Under the pieces are notes generated by a model. The model was given only the letters and a program-made list of their open reading frames with translations. It was not told where the DNA came from and ran no database searches. From the IMG/VR virus record IMGVR_UViG_3300011116_001007: a DNA stretch of 64,000 nucleotides; one strand, written 5' to 3'. Of this stretch, positions 9,817 through 17,659 are shown in pieces (positions within the stretch are counted from its first letter, which is position 1; every line of letters begins with the position of its first letter). Position numbers and translations under genes: made by a program. The DNA is from a virus (taxonomy: Duplodnaviria; Caudoviricetes).

Positions 9817-10089
9817 TTAAACGGCTTCCAGCATGTTGGCAGGCACATTCCAGCGATTCACGGGCGTCTTGACCAGCACAAATTTCAGCTTGACTTTTTC
9901 CACTTGGCCCACGTAAGTGATACCGTTTTTGGTGCTGGTGAACTTCACACGATCACCCACTGCAAAACTGCGAACTTTGGACTTGGTCAGCTGGCTGCGA
10001 GCATATTTCACAGCATCAATAATGGAACTCAGTTGGTCGTTACTAAATGACCCAGTGATGATTGCAGTGTTAATTGCGGTGATATCCAT
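9817..10089 (-). CDS. hypothetical protein (SH3-like C-terminus)
   Basis: MDITAIN..; VGDRVKF..GQVEKV pattern; AAGGAG RBS. Confidence 0.65.
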   Translation of the reverse strand: MDITAINTAIITGSFSNDQLSSIIDAVKYARSQLTKSKVRSFAVGDRVKFTSTKNGITYVGQVEKVKLKFVLVKTPVNRWNVPANMLEAV

Positions 10090-10119
10090 TTGAAACTCCT
10101 TTTTGCTGAACATGTGTGT

Positions 10120-10148
10120 ATTATAGCAGTTCGGGCAATAGCGGTCAA
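10120..10148 (-). promoter_or_regulatory. sigma70-type promoter
   Basis: TTGACC-N17-TATAAT. Confidence 0.8.
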
Positions 10149-10242
10149 CCAGAATATTGTGGGTTTTTTGCAACAAAATCCAGGTATTTTGGGCAAAAAA
10201 ATACGGGAAATTCTGTTGTTTTTACACAACAAAATCTCCCGT

Positions 10243-10719
10243 TTAAATGTACCAAATTTCTCGAAATCCTTCTTCCAAAGTGGGCTCTTCCCAATTGGCA
10301 ATCATATGATCAACTACTGCTTCGGGGATTATTTTCCCAGAATCATATCGATTTTGTAGTCGCCGATCCAATTCATCACGCGGCGGTGTACGGAATACCA
10401 CAGCAATGGCATAGTACTCGGGCAACATGTTGAACTTCTTTCGACGACTTGCCGCAGTGGTCGAAGTTTGATCCCACACAATATCTTGACTGGCTTCACG
10501 AGCATGCACTACATCGCCGGTCATGTGCTCCACACATTTGGGCATGACTTCTTTGAAAACTTCGCTGTAGGTCTTGCCTGCACTTTTTGCAAACTCTTCT
10601 ACATAACGATCTGTGGAAATGTATGCAGCTTCTTGCAGCCAAGTTTGATCAGAATGCCAGGTACTTTTTCCACTACCTGGCACTCCAACCAAAACGTACA
10701 ATTTACATTGTCGGTCCAT
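10243..10719 (-). CDS. P-loop (AAA_33/PNK-like) kinase
   Basis: GVPGSGKST, ISTD, WDQT motifs. Confidence 0.85.
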   Translation of the reverse strand: MDRQCKLYVLVGVPGSGKSTWHSDQTWLQEAAYISTDRYVEEFAKSAGKTYSEVFKEVMPKCVEHMTGDVVHAREASQDIVWDQTSTTAASRRKKFNMLPEYYAIAVVFRTPPRDELDRRLQNRYDSGKIIPEAVVDHMIANWEEPTLEEGFREIWYI

Positions 10720-11293
10720 TACCGTTCCTAAATCCAATTTCCCCACCTTCTTCAACAATGCGTTTTTGCACATCTTCAAACAAGATAGGAGCAAAGTCTG
10801 TGTGCTCTACACATACACAATGATAGCGTGGATCAACAACCTTGGTCACAAATTCACCAGCAGCAGGCCCTGCCTTCATTACTCTGTTGGCATGCAAGTG
10901 TCCGTGAATGTTCACACCAAAGCGACCCAACGATTCCTCGTGGATGGGTATGTGACTCAAGATCATTCCGTTCATCACATGGTATGCACGTAACTCGCGA
11001 AAGTGTTCACGGTACTCATCATCTCGAAAGATGTCATGATTACCGCGGATCAAAACTTTGTCACCGTTCAACCTACGCATGATACCTAAGGACTTGCGGT
11101 TGATAACAACATCGCCTAAATGGTATACCTTGTCTGTGGGCCGGACACGTTCGTTCCAGGCCTTGACCATGGCCTCGTCCATTTCCTCAGGCGTGTCCCA
11201 AGGACGTAATTTGGTCACACCGTCGTTGCGAGTGAAATGGCACACACCTTTGTGTCCAAAGTGTGTGTCTGATACTAAAAATACTGATGGCAT
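10703..11293 (-). CDS. calcineurin-like metallophosphoesterase
   Basis: SDTHFGH, LGD, GNHD, HGH motifs. Confidence 0.9.
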   Translation of the reverse strand: MPSVFLVSDTHFGHKGVCHFTRNDGVTKLRPWDTPEEMDEAMVKAWNERVRPTDKVYHLGDVVINRKSLGIMRRLNGDKVLIRGNHDIFRDDEYREHFRELRAYHVMNGMILSHIPIHEESLGRFGVNIHGHLHANRVMKAGPAAGEFVTKVVDPRYHCVCVEHTDFAPILFEDVQKRIVEEGGEIGFRNGNGPTM

Positions 11294-11311
11294 AATGTCC
11301 TCTTTGTGTGT

Positions 11312-11340
11312 ATTATACAACAATGAACATTACTGGTCAA
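11312..11340 (-). promoter_or_regulatory. sigma70-type promoter
   Basis: TTGACC-N17-TATAAT. Confidence 0.8.
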
Positions 11341-11346
11341 CCAAAA

Positions 11347-11601
11347 TCAATAGTGTTTTGATCGACGTCGCGGCGCAATGTCTTGCTGTTTGTATAGATA
11401 ATCCATTGTGATTTTTCCTGCTTCGATCTCCAACAGGGCTGTGACTGCAGGACCATAACGAGTTGGCACTTGGGCAGGATCGCCGCGCATGAGTTCTCGC
11501 ATGCGTCTAGAAGCAATCAATACCAGATTGTATCGGCTGCCGATTGCAAGTGCTGCGGCCTGGCTAGTGAGTCCGGCGGTGCGTTCAAGTAGTACGTTCA
11601 T
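11347..11601 (-). CDS. rpoZ: RNA polymerase omega subunit homologue
   Basis: IGSRYNLVLIASRR..VTALLEIEAGKI resembles RpoZ IGNRFDLVLVAARR..VIALREIEEGLI. Confidence 0.8.
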   Translation of the reverse strand: MNVLLERTAGLTSQAAALAIGSRYNLVLIASRRMRELMRGDPAQVPTRYGPAVTALLEIEAGKITMDYLYKQQDIAPRRRSKHY

Positions 11602-11882
11602 TCTTCATCCTTTGTTGATAATCCGTTGCTGTGTCGATCTCTGATGTCTTCTACGTTTTGATCAAATCTCTTTTGTTGTATAGTTGGCTCCCCAAAAACT
11701 TTTTCTCTTGAACAAAGCAAACACTTTGGATTGCCACAATCCATGGCATGCTGCTTGGCAAACTTATGTGGTTGGCTTATGTCCGAGCCAGCAGCTTTGG
11801 CAATCTTGGTTTGTTTTTTAATAGCATTTTCGTCTTTGAGTAAACGCTTAGAGTGTTTGAATCGGTCTTGTTCGGTGCTCAT
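11598..11882 (-). CDS. hypothetical protein (possible Zn site)
   Basis: H..CGNPKCLLC motif. Confidence 0.7.
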   Translation of the reverse strand: MSTEQDRFKHSKRLLKDENAIKKQTKIAKAAGSDISQPHKFAKQHAMDCGNPKCLLCSREKVFGEPTIQQKRFDQNVEDIRDRHSNGLSTKDEE

Positions 11883-11888
11883 GATGCT

Positions 11889-11917
11889 ATTATATAGCAG
11901 ATTTAGTTAGTTGTCAA
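11889..11917 (-). promoter_or_regulatory. sigma70-type promoter
   Basis: TTGACA-N17-TATAAT, perfect consensus. Confidence 0.85.
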
Positions 11918-11992
11918 TGGTCTCGCTGCCCAGAATCGAACCAGGATTTGAGTCTTAGGAGGACCCCGTTCTATCCATTGAACTACAACGAG
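11918..11992 (-). tRNA. trnR: tRNA-Arg(CCT)
   Basis: Cloverleaf, loop CTCCTAA, encoded CCA. Confidence 0.9.
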
Positions 11993-11994
11993 AT

Positions 11995-12069
11995 TGGCCG
12001 GCCCTGAGAGGATCGAACTCCCACCTCCGGGTTCGAAGCCCGGAATGATATCCATTTCACCAAAGGCCG
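11995..12069 (-). tRNA. trnR: tRNA-Arg(TCG)
   Basis: Cloverleaf, loop CTTCGAA, CCA. Confidence 0.93.
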
Positions 12070-12073
12070 AGAT

Positions 12074-12147
12074 TGGTGCTCCTAACAAGAATCGAACTTG
12101 TATCTCATCCTTACCAAGGATGTGTTCTGCCATTTAACTATAGGAGC
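12074..12147 (-). tRNA. trnT: tRNA-Thr(GGT)
   Basis: Cloverleaf, loop TTGGTAA, CCA. Confidence 0.93.
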
Positions 12148-12218
12148 AAATAGAAAAACCCTGCCGTGTCTAGTGACATTAAAAGAGGTCACAAGCCAGA
12201 GGGCAGGGCCGTGTTGTC

Positions 12219-12293
12219 TGGAGCGGAATATCGGGTTCGAACCGATGGCCTAAACGTTGGCAACGTTTCGCTCTACCACTGAGCTAATCCCGC
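12219..12293 (-). tRNA. trnG: tRNA-Gly(GCC)
   Basis: Cloverleaf, loop TTGCCAA, U73-CCA. Confidence 0.95.
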
Positions 12294-12303
12294 AAAATTT
12301 CTA

Positions 12304-12876
12304 TTACAATAACCCTTCAGCAGTCAACACATTGACTATGTCTTGCCCAAGCTCAATTTCGGTACGCACATTGAGATCCAACAATTCGTCTTGTAATTTT
12401 TGTTTGTTCTTCTTGCCTAGCACAACCGCAGTTCGGAAACCAGCCAGGTCTTCGGCAGTGAATATAGAAGTGTCTACTGTGGAATCGTGACCGTAGTACA
12501 GGCTGCGACCTTCGTCTTTGCGATTGCGAAGTTTTTCTAATTTACCAGCCACAACCTCTACACTTTCACGAACACTTTTACCAGACATGTCTAGATAAAA
12601 CTGTATTTTCTTTTCAAGCGATGCAATATCTGCCAACTTGTCATTGATGTTGGCCTGATGATTGGCGCGGCTCACAGACTTGCGGATATCGTACAGGCTG
12701 TTTAACAAACTGGTCTGACGATCTTGTTTGGCCACAAAATCTAGGCGTAATTTTGCAATTGCATCTTCGGCAATTTGGAATTCGTTGACTTTGACTTCGG
12801 TGTCAAATTTGATGCCTTTTAATGCATCCTGGATGGCCAATTGTAATGCATTGGCTTTGCGTAGATTGATTTTCAT
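12304..12876 (-). CDS. hypothetical coiled-coil protein
   Basis: MKINLRKANALQ..; 190 aa. Confidence 0.75.
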   Translation of the reverse strand: MKINLRKANALQLAIQDALKGIKFDTEVKVNEFQIAEDAIAKLRLDFVAKQDRQTSLLNSLYDIRKSVSRANHQANINDKLADIASLEKKIQFYLDMSGKSVRESVEVVAGKLEKLRNRKDEGRSLYYGHDSTVDTSIFTAEDLAGFRTAVVLGKKNKQKLQDELLDLNVRTEIELGQDIVNVLTAEGLL

Positions 12877-12910
12877 AATTTCTTTCTTTCAACAATAAAA
12901 CAACAAGGGT

Positions 12911-13141
12911 GGCAAGACCCGAATCAAGTCACAGACTATGCAATTCGCAATGCTCAAAATACAATGCACAATCCACAGTGGCCTGCGTATGCCCGGTTAT
13001 CAAAGTGCAAATGTCTATAATATGTCCGGTTCACACAAGCACGATCCAAGTTGCCTTGGAGGTCAGAGTTAATTCAGCTTTGGAAGCCGATGCTGGCATG
13101 AAGCCAACAGTTTGTCTGTTCTAATCTATCCTGATCTTGCC
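12911..13141 (-). ncRNA. candidate structured leader RNA
   Basis: Closing stem GGCAAGATC/GGTCTTGCC, nested ACAGAC/GTCTGT, TCCAAG-GCAA-CTTGGA GNRA hairpin; lies between promoter and gene. Confidence 0.55.
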
Positions 13142-13165
13142 TGCCAGTTTGCACTGACAAAAACT

Positions 13166-13194
13166 ATTTTACACAAAACAGTCAACGCTGTCAA
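13166..13194 (-). promoter_or_regulatory. sigma70-type promoter
   Basis: TTGACA-N17-TAAAAT. Confidence 0.75.
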
Positions 13195-13203
13195 CTGTTT
13201 TGG

Positions 13204-13674
13204 TCAGGCTGCTTTCAAACCTTTCAGTCGGTCAGCAGCATACGAAGCAGCAAATGCCTGTGGCTTCACAAAAGGTATCACGTTGCAAGTGCCTTTGATG
13301 TAGCCAATGGCCTGTGAAATAACACAGCTGGATCCGTGCATTTCGTCTGGGTTGATGTCAAGATGTACTTCAACATCACGACCTTCCAGCACGTCGGCCA
13401 GTTTGAGATACAGTTCGGACACCTTGTACACTTCGGTCATGAGACGCATGGCTGGCTTGCCTGGCTTTGCGTCGTACACACGTTCGCGATGTACTTCACC
13501 AAACAGTTTGCATCCGTTGTTGCCGTTGATGTGTACCACAATGGCCAACACATAGTCGGCCCACCATTCACCATCGATCTTGATTCTTTCACTGTCGCAA
13601 CCAATGTAGATACGTGTTTCTGGTGTTTGTGCTTGAATAAATTCAGACACTTGTTTTAAATCTAATTTTTTCAT
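13204..13674 (-). CDS. RNase H-like YkuK/DUF458 family protein
   Basis: YIGCDS, EV..S, VHLDIN, ASYAADR motifs. Confidence 0.8.
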   Translation of the reverse strand: MKKLDLKQVSEFIQAQTPETRIYIGCDSERIKIDGEWWADYVLAIVVHINGNNGCKLFGEVHRERVYDAKPGKPAMRLMTEVYKVSELYLKLADVLEGRDVEVHLDINPDEMHGSSCVISQAIGYIKGTCNVIPFVKPQAFAASYAADRLKGLKAA

Positions 13675-13688
13675 AAGTTTCTTCTAGG

Positions 13689-14117
13689 TTAGAAGTCCTC
13701 GGTGATCAATTCTAAATCAGTTAACCGTCCTGAATCTTCTTTGTTGTACCTTACGCTACCACCATAATAACCGTTGTGGCTGTTACGCACTTCAAGGTCA
13801 ATGTAGCCACGGTTGGTGCGGATAGTCCAGAACGCATCTTGTACCACTTCGCATCCATCTTCGTCGCTGCGATTGTCGCCCCAGCCCTTGTCCTCCACAG
13901 CCAGCACTTCTACCCCGCGCAACAGGTCAAAGCTGTTGCCCTCGCCTAAGATATTTACGCCAGTCACATGGTTGAACCATACAGAATTGCAGCAGTCATT
14001 TTCAGTGTCAAAACGATAGCGACGCCCAGAGATGTCACGAAACACCAGGCTCCACTTGTCGTTGCCTATGAACAAGCCATTGATGCGCTTGCCTACTAAT
14101 ACATTAAATTCACTCAT
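13689..14117 (-). CDS. hypothetical protein
   Basis: DCC..W and RNSHNGYYGG motifs; AAGGA RBS. Confidence 0.7.
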   Translation of the reverse strand: MSEFNVLVGKRINGLFIGNDKWSLVFRDISGRRYRFDTENDCCNSVWFNHVTGVNILGEGNSFDLLRGVEVLAVEDKGWGDNRSDEDGCEVVQDAFWTIRTNRGYIDLEVRNSHNGYYGGSVRYNKEDSGRLTDLELITEDF

Positions 14118-14142
14118 AGCTTGTCCTTTCTTTTAAATTGTT

Positions 14143-14221
14143 TGGTACCCCGGGCGAGAGTCGAACTCGCAGAACTCTTCCTTTTGAGAGAAGCGACTTT
14201 GCCAGATTTGTCCACCGGGGC
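14143..14221 (-). tRNA. trnL: tRNA-Leu(CAA), short variable loop
   Basis: Cloverleaf, loop CTCAAAA, A73-CCA. Confidence 0.85.
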
Positions 14222-14228
14222 ATATTCT

Positions 14229-14303
14229 TGGTGGATGAGACAGGGCTCGAACCTGTGACCCTCAGCATGTCGAGCTGATGCACTACCACTGTGCTACACA
14301 TCC
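14229..14303 (-). tRNA. trnV: tRNA-Val(GAC)
   Basis: Cloverleaf, loop TCGACAT (C at position 33), CCA. Confidence 0.8.
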
Positions 14304-14307
14304 AAAT

Positions 14308-14399
14308 TGGTACCAGCGGAGAGGATCGAACTCTCTCAAGAACGCTAATCTGGCGCTAAAAGGCTTATAAGACCTCTCTGACTCCCAAGTCTCGCTGGT
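14308..14399 (-). tRNA. atypical class II tRNA with TAT anticodon
   Basis: 7-bp acceptor, 4-nt D-loop, loop CTTATAA, long variable arm, T-loop TTCGATC, A-CCA. Confidence 0.65.
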
Positions 14400-14404
14400 A
14401 TGTA

Positions 14405-14668
14405 TTAACCAGTGCGATGTATCAAATGGTAACCAAACTGCGTTTGCACAGGTTGGCTGATTGAACCCACAGCAGTTGCCAAGGTGGCATCTTCAAATGG
14501 TCGGACCATCTGTCCTGATCCAAACTCGCCAAGGTCTCCACCGCGTTCGCCACTGGGGCATGTGCTGTGTGCTCGTGCCAGGTCGGCAAAACTTGCACCT
14601 TCATTTAGTTTGTTTTTCAGTGACACCGCTTCGTTGAGTGTTTTTACCAAAATGTGACTTGCTTTCAT
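14405..14668 (-). CDS. ppiC: parvulin peptidyl-prolyl cis-trans isomerase
   Basis: [29 protein letters not shown]. Confidence 0.95.
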   Translation of the reverse strand: MKASHILVKTLNEAVSLKNKLNEGASFADLARAHSTCPSGERGGDLGEFGSGQMVRPFEDATLATAVGSISQPVQTQFGYHLIHRTG

Positions 14669-14691
14669 TCTCTTGCTTCCTTATAAAAAAT

Positions 14692-14835
14692 TGGTGGAGA
14701 ACATCTTTGAGGTATCCCCTACGAAGCAGATCACTGCTCACCTGTTACATCGCTATCGTGTACTATTACCTGCCCTAAGGGTTAGCTAGCTACCTTAGCG
14801 ACTCATACTGGATAATGTAACTTATCCGCTGTTCT
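14692..14835 (-). ncRNA. candidate CCA-terminated structured RNA
   Basis: Follows tRNA-Pro CCA; AGAACA/TGTTCT end pairing, internal hairpins, ends CCACCA. Confidence 0.45.
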
Positions 14836-14912
14836 TGGTCGGAGTACAAGGATTCGAACCTTGGACCCCCTGGTCCCAAACCAGGTGCGCTACCAGACTG
14901 CGCCACACTCCG
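14836..14912 (-). tRNA. trnP: tRNA-Pro(TGG)
   Basis: Canonical cloverleaf. Confidence 0.96.
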
Positions 14913-14914
14913 AA

Positions 14915-15157
14915 TTATTCTGCTTGCTTCTTCAATCTCATGCCCACAAACGTGCCACAGAATGCGCCCAATGCAGCTGGCACCAGTAACATGTGATCGG
15001 TTGTGTAGTTGATAACCACAAATGCTCCCAGGATAGTAACAACCACAGACCACGAGCTGGCAAGCATGGCCCGGCCATCTGCTACTGCTCTTAGATAGTA
15101 TGTGTAAAAAATATCTATGCAGAACAGGGCAAAAAATGTTGTTATGTATTCAATCAT
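14915..15157 (-). CDS. small membrane protein
   Basis: Three hydrophobic segments. Confidence 0.7.
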   Translation of the reverse strand: MIEYITTFFALFCIDIFYTYYLRAVADGRAMLASSWSVVVTILGAFVVINYTTDHMLLVPAALGAFCGTFVGMRLKKQAE

Positions 15158-15162
15158 ATTCA

Positions 15163-15237
15163 TGGTACCTGGTCACGGTTTCGAACCGCGGACCCTCTCG
15201 GTGTAAACGAGATGCTCTCCCCCTGAGCTAACCAGGC
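15163..15237 (-). tRNA. trnV: tRNA-Val(TAC)
   Basis: Cloverleaf, loop TTTACAC. Confidence 0.95.
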
Positions 15238-15396
15238 AAAAATTTGTGACAGACAACTTTTCCTATTATACTCCGCCTGTCAGGGAGAGTCTTTGTAAAA
15301 ATTAGGGCACAACCTCTCCGATCGTTGAGTGCGTGAGATCTTTGTTGTTTAAAGTTGGCATAACGACTTTCTGTACAGAAGCCAACTCCCTAAAAC

Positions 15397-15470
15397 TGGA
15401 GCGGGGTAGGAGAATCGAACTCCTGACTTTAGCTTGGAAGGCTAAGGTAATACCATTTTACGAACCCCGC
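15397..15470 (-). tRNA. trnG: tRNA-Gly(TCC)
   Basis: Cloverleaf, loop CTTCCAA. Confidence 0.95.
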
Positions 15471-15496
15471 ATATTTTTTGATATTAGACAATCTAC

Positions 15497-15525
15497 ATTA
15501 TAGACTTACTTATATTGCCTGTCAA
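15497..15525 (-). promoter_or_regulatory. sigma70-type promoter
   Basis: TTGACA-N17-TATAAT. Confidence 0.85.
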
Positions 15526-15539
15526 CTGCTATCTGATTA

Positions 15540-16451
15540 TTAGTTTTCCAAATAGTCGGGTAGATTGTTATCTCTAGCCCAGCGATTGTACGCATCAACA
15601 CACTGCACAAAATTTATCACAATCTGCCTCTTGTCCGCCGGAGTGGTAGATTTGATAGGAATGGTATCAAGCATGACTTGATCACTGCACATGATTGACA
15701 ATGTGTTATCAATTGCCTCAACGGCCGAAATCATGTCTGCATCAAATTCTGGATCAATGTTTTTGCTAATCTCATAATGGTACTGTGTGTACTCGGCAAT
15801 ACTGATGCCATATTTTTGTTTGATTGTTTGTTGGGTGGGAAAATATCGGCACAGCACTGCATCAATATCACTTGACAACTCTTCGTACAACAACGGAACA
15901 AATCCGGGAAATGTGTTACTTAACCAATTGCGATAGTCGAGATATCGTTGTGATTGTTGTATAACAATATCTGTGTCAACTTCAAATCTTTTATCTCCAT
16001 ACAAGCGCACACGATCTTTGGCACTGTGTACGTTGTTGATCTGCTGTGATGCCGGGCGGTCAGTGCAGCGTCGCACAGCATAACTCAATGCATAATCAAA
16101 AATATTGTCTCGTATGCTACCAAACACTGTGAAATTATTGCGTAAGTATTCTGTAAATAATTCTTGTTGTGATTTGGTTTCGCTGCGATTCAGCCAATGG
16201 TCATAGGCCAATCGCACCAGTACAGGATTAGCACTGGATGACAACAACCCAGACAACTCATCAAAACTCTGTGTATTGACGTCGGCCCATTTTTTTATCA
16301 AATAGCCTTGCTCCCCAACACCTATTCCATTTAGCAATTCATGCGGATTGACAAGATTAGGTTGTATCAGTTCTCTAATCCAGAAAGTGGCTGCTCTTTG
16401 AAAATAAGTAGACCCTGATCCAAATGATGCAATTAACAAAACGTTTTTCAT
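15540..16451 (-). CDS. hypothetical protein (sulfotransferase/P-loop-like N-terminus)
   Basis: ASFGSGSTY motif and a later YEEL. Confidence 0.55.
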   Translation of the reverse strand: MKNVLLIASFGSGSTYFQRAATFWIRELIQPNLVNPHELLNGIGVGEQGYLIKKWADVNTQSFDELSGLLSSSANPVLVRLAYDHWLNRSETKSQQELFTEYLRNNFTVFGSIRDNIFDYALSYAVRRCTDRPASQQINNVHSAKDRVRLYGDKRFEVDTDIVIQQSQRYLDYRNWLSNTFPGFVPLLYEELSSDIDAVLCRYFPTQQTIKQKYGISIAEYTQYHYEISKNIDPEFDADMISAVEAIDNTLSIMCSDQVMLDTIPIKSTTPADKRQIVINFVQCVDAYNRWARDNNLPDYLEN

Positions 16452-17344
16452 TCGTAAATTTTTCTCAAAGTGTTTTGGGCTGAGATTGGTATCAAGTCTT
16501 GATACGATATCTTTACATCATGAGACAAACACAGGAGGGCCAAGTCTCGTGCTCGTGCCCGGGTGCTGTTGTTTTCCAATGACTGCCCTAGTATTATTTC
16601 AACTAAGAAATCATGCTGAATCAGTGCATCGGGATGTGGGTCAGAGTGTACACATTCTAAATATTCTTGTGTACACTGCCGAGCAGTCTTGTACTCCCAT
16701 AGTCCTTGATAAGATTTTGGATCCTGTGGATCCTTTGGTGGCATAAAAAACCGGTTCCAGTCAATAAGAGACAACAGATTGGAAACTGCTGGAATCTTTA
16801 ATATTTCACTTGCAGTGTTCAATTCAATTGAGGAAAGTTGATTGCAACTATCCCAACGATATTTCCAGGAATCAATGGTCACAGTAGGCCTAACATCAAA
16901 CCAAGGATTTTGCCAAAACACCATGTGATAACGACACCCAATCTGATTCAACAGATGTTGGATTTGGTATATGGTAGAAAAATTATCCACGATCATGTGT
17001 GTAAGACTTGTTTCGTGATCAGGGTGTGTGCGATATAATCCGCGCCAGGGCACTGGAGAGCATTCTAGTCTTCCAGCAGCTGGAAAGAATCCTTGACAAT
17101 CGTGCTGATCAACCCAGTCTTGGTCGTACCATGTTGTGACACGATTGCTGCCACTCAGCATGATGATCACAGTATCGTCCTGGGTGATATCTTTTGATCT
17201 TGACAACAGTTCCCAATACTGTGTTTGATTGCTGCGTCCGGGCCAGGCCAGGTTGATAACAGTGTCTGTGGAATATTCGCTCAACCAATCGCTCCAGGTA
17301 TGCCAATACCATTTTGTAAAACTACATCCTAATGTATAAATCAT
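16448..17344 (-). CDS. SGNH/GDSL-like protein
   Basis: GCSFT, NLAWPGRSN, DPHPD; true start after the tRNA-Ile gene. Confidence 0.65.
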   Translation of the reverse strand: MIYTLGCSFTKWYWHTWSDWLSEYSTDTVINLAWPGRSNQTQYWELLSRSKDITQDDTVIIMLSGSNRVTTWYDQDWVDQHDCQGFFPAAGRLECSPVPWRGLYRTHPDHETSLTHMIVDNFSTIYQIQHLLNQIGCRYHMVFWQNPWFDVRPTVTIDSWKYRWDSCNQLSSIELNTASEILKIPAVSNLLSLIDWNRFFMPPKDPQDPKSYQGLWEYKTARQCTQEYLECVHSDPHPDALIQHDFLVEIILGQSLENNSTRARARDLALLCLSHDVKISYQDLIPISAQNTLRKIYE

Positions 17345-17358
17345 AATGAACTGTCTTT

Positions 17359-17433
17359 TGGTAGCCGGTGATGGTTTCGAACCATCGACCCTCGCCTTAT
17401 CAAGACGATGCTCTCCCCCTGAGCTAACCGGCC
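17359..17433 (-). tRNA. trnI: tRNA-Ile(GAT)
   Basis: Cloverleaf, loop TTGATAA. Confidence 0.95.
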
Positions 17434-17445
17434 ATGATAATATAT

Positions 17446-17558
17446 AGGTGCTCTCTGCGGCGCTTGAATCCACGGTAGCCCTGCTCTTCCTGGCACTTCT
17501 TCACACGCCGCGGGCTAGTGAAGGTTGGTGTTGTTCCAGTGTAGCTACTACAGAAAGC
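17446..17558 (-). ncRNA. divergent tRNA-like RNA
   Basis: Acceptor-like stem GCTTTCTG/CAGAGAGC + ACC, internal TAGCCC/GGGCTA stem, TTCAAG T-loop remnant. Confidence 0.4.
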
Positions 17559-17570
17559 ATTTATATGATA

Positions 17571-17659
17571 ACCATATGGAAACACACTAAAAGTAATCTA
17601 ACATACAAGAGCGCCGTGCGAACGTATGCTAAAAGGTATCTAATGTGTTTGCATATGGT
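17571..17659 (-). repeat. ACCATAT-stem element, copy A
   Basis: ACCATATGCAAACACATT..AGTGTGTTTCCATATGGT. Confidence 0.8.

Noticed and set aside
14308-14399. tRNA-Sec or 8/4-9/3 allo-tRNA
   Set aside because: Anticodon is not TCA and the stems are 7/5; kept only as an atypical tRNA
17470-17500. SRP RNA (CCAGGAAGAGCAG)
   Set aside because: Lacks the helix and GNRA tetraloop between CAGG and AGCA
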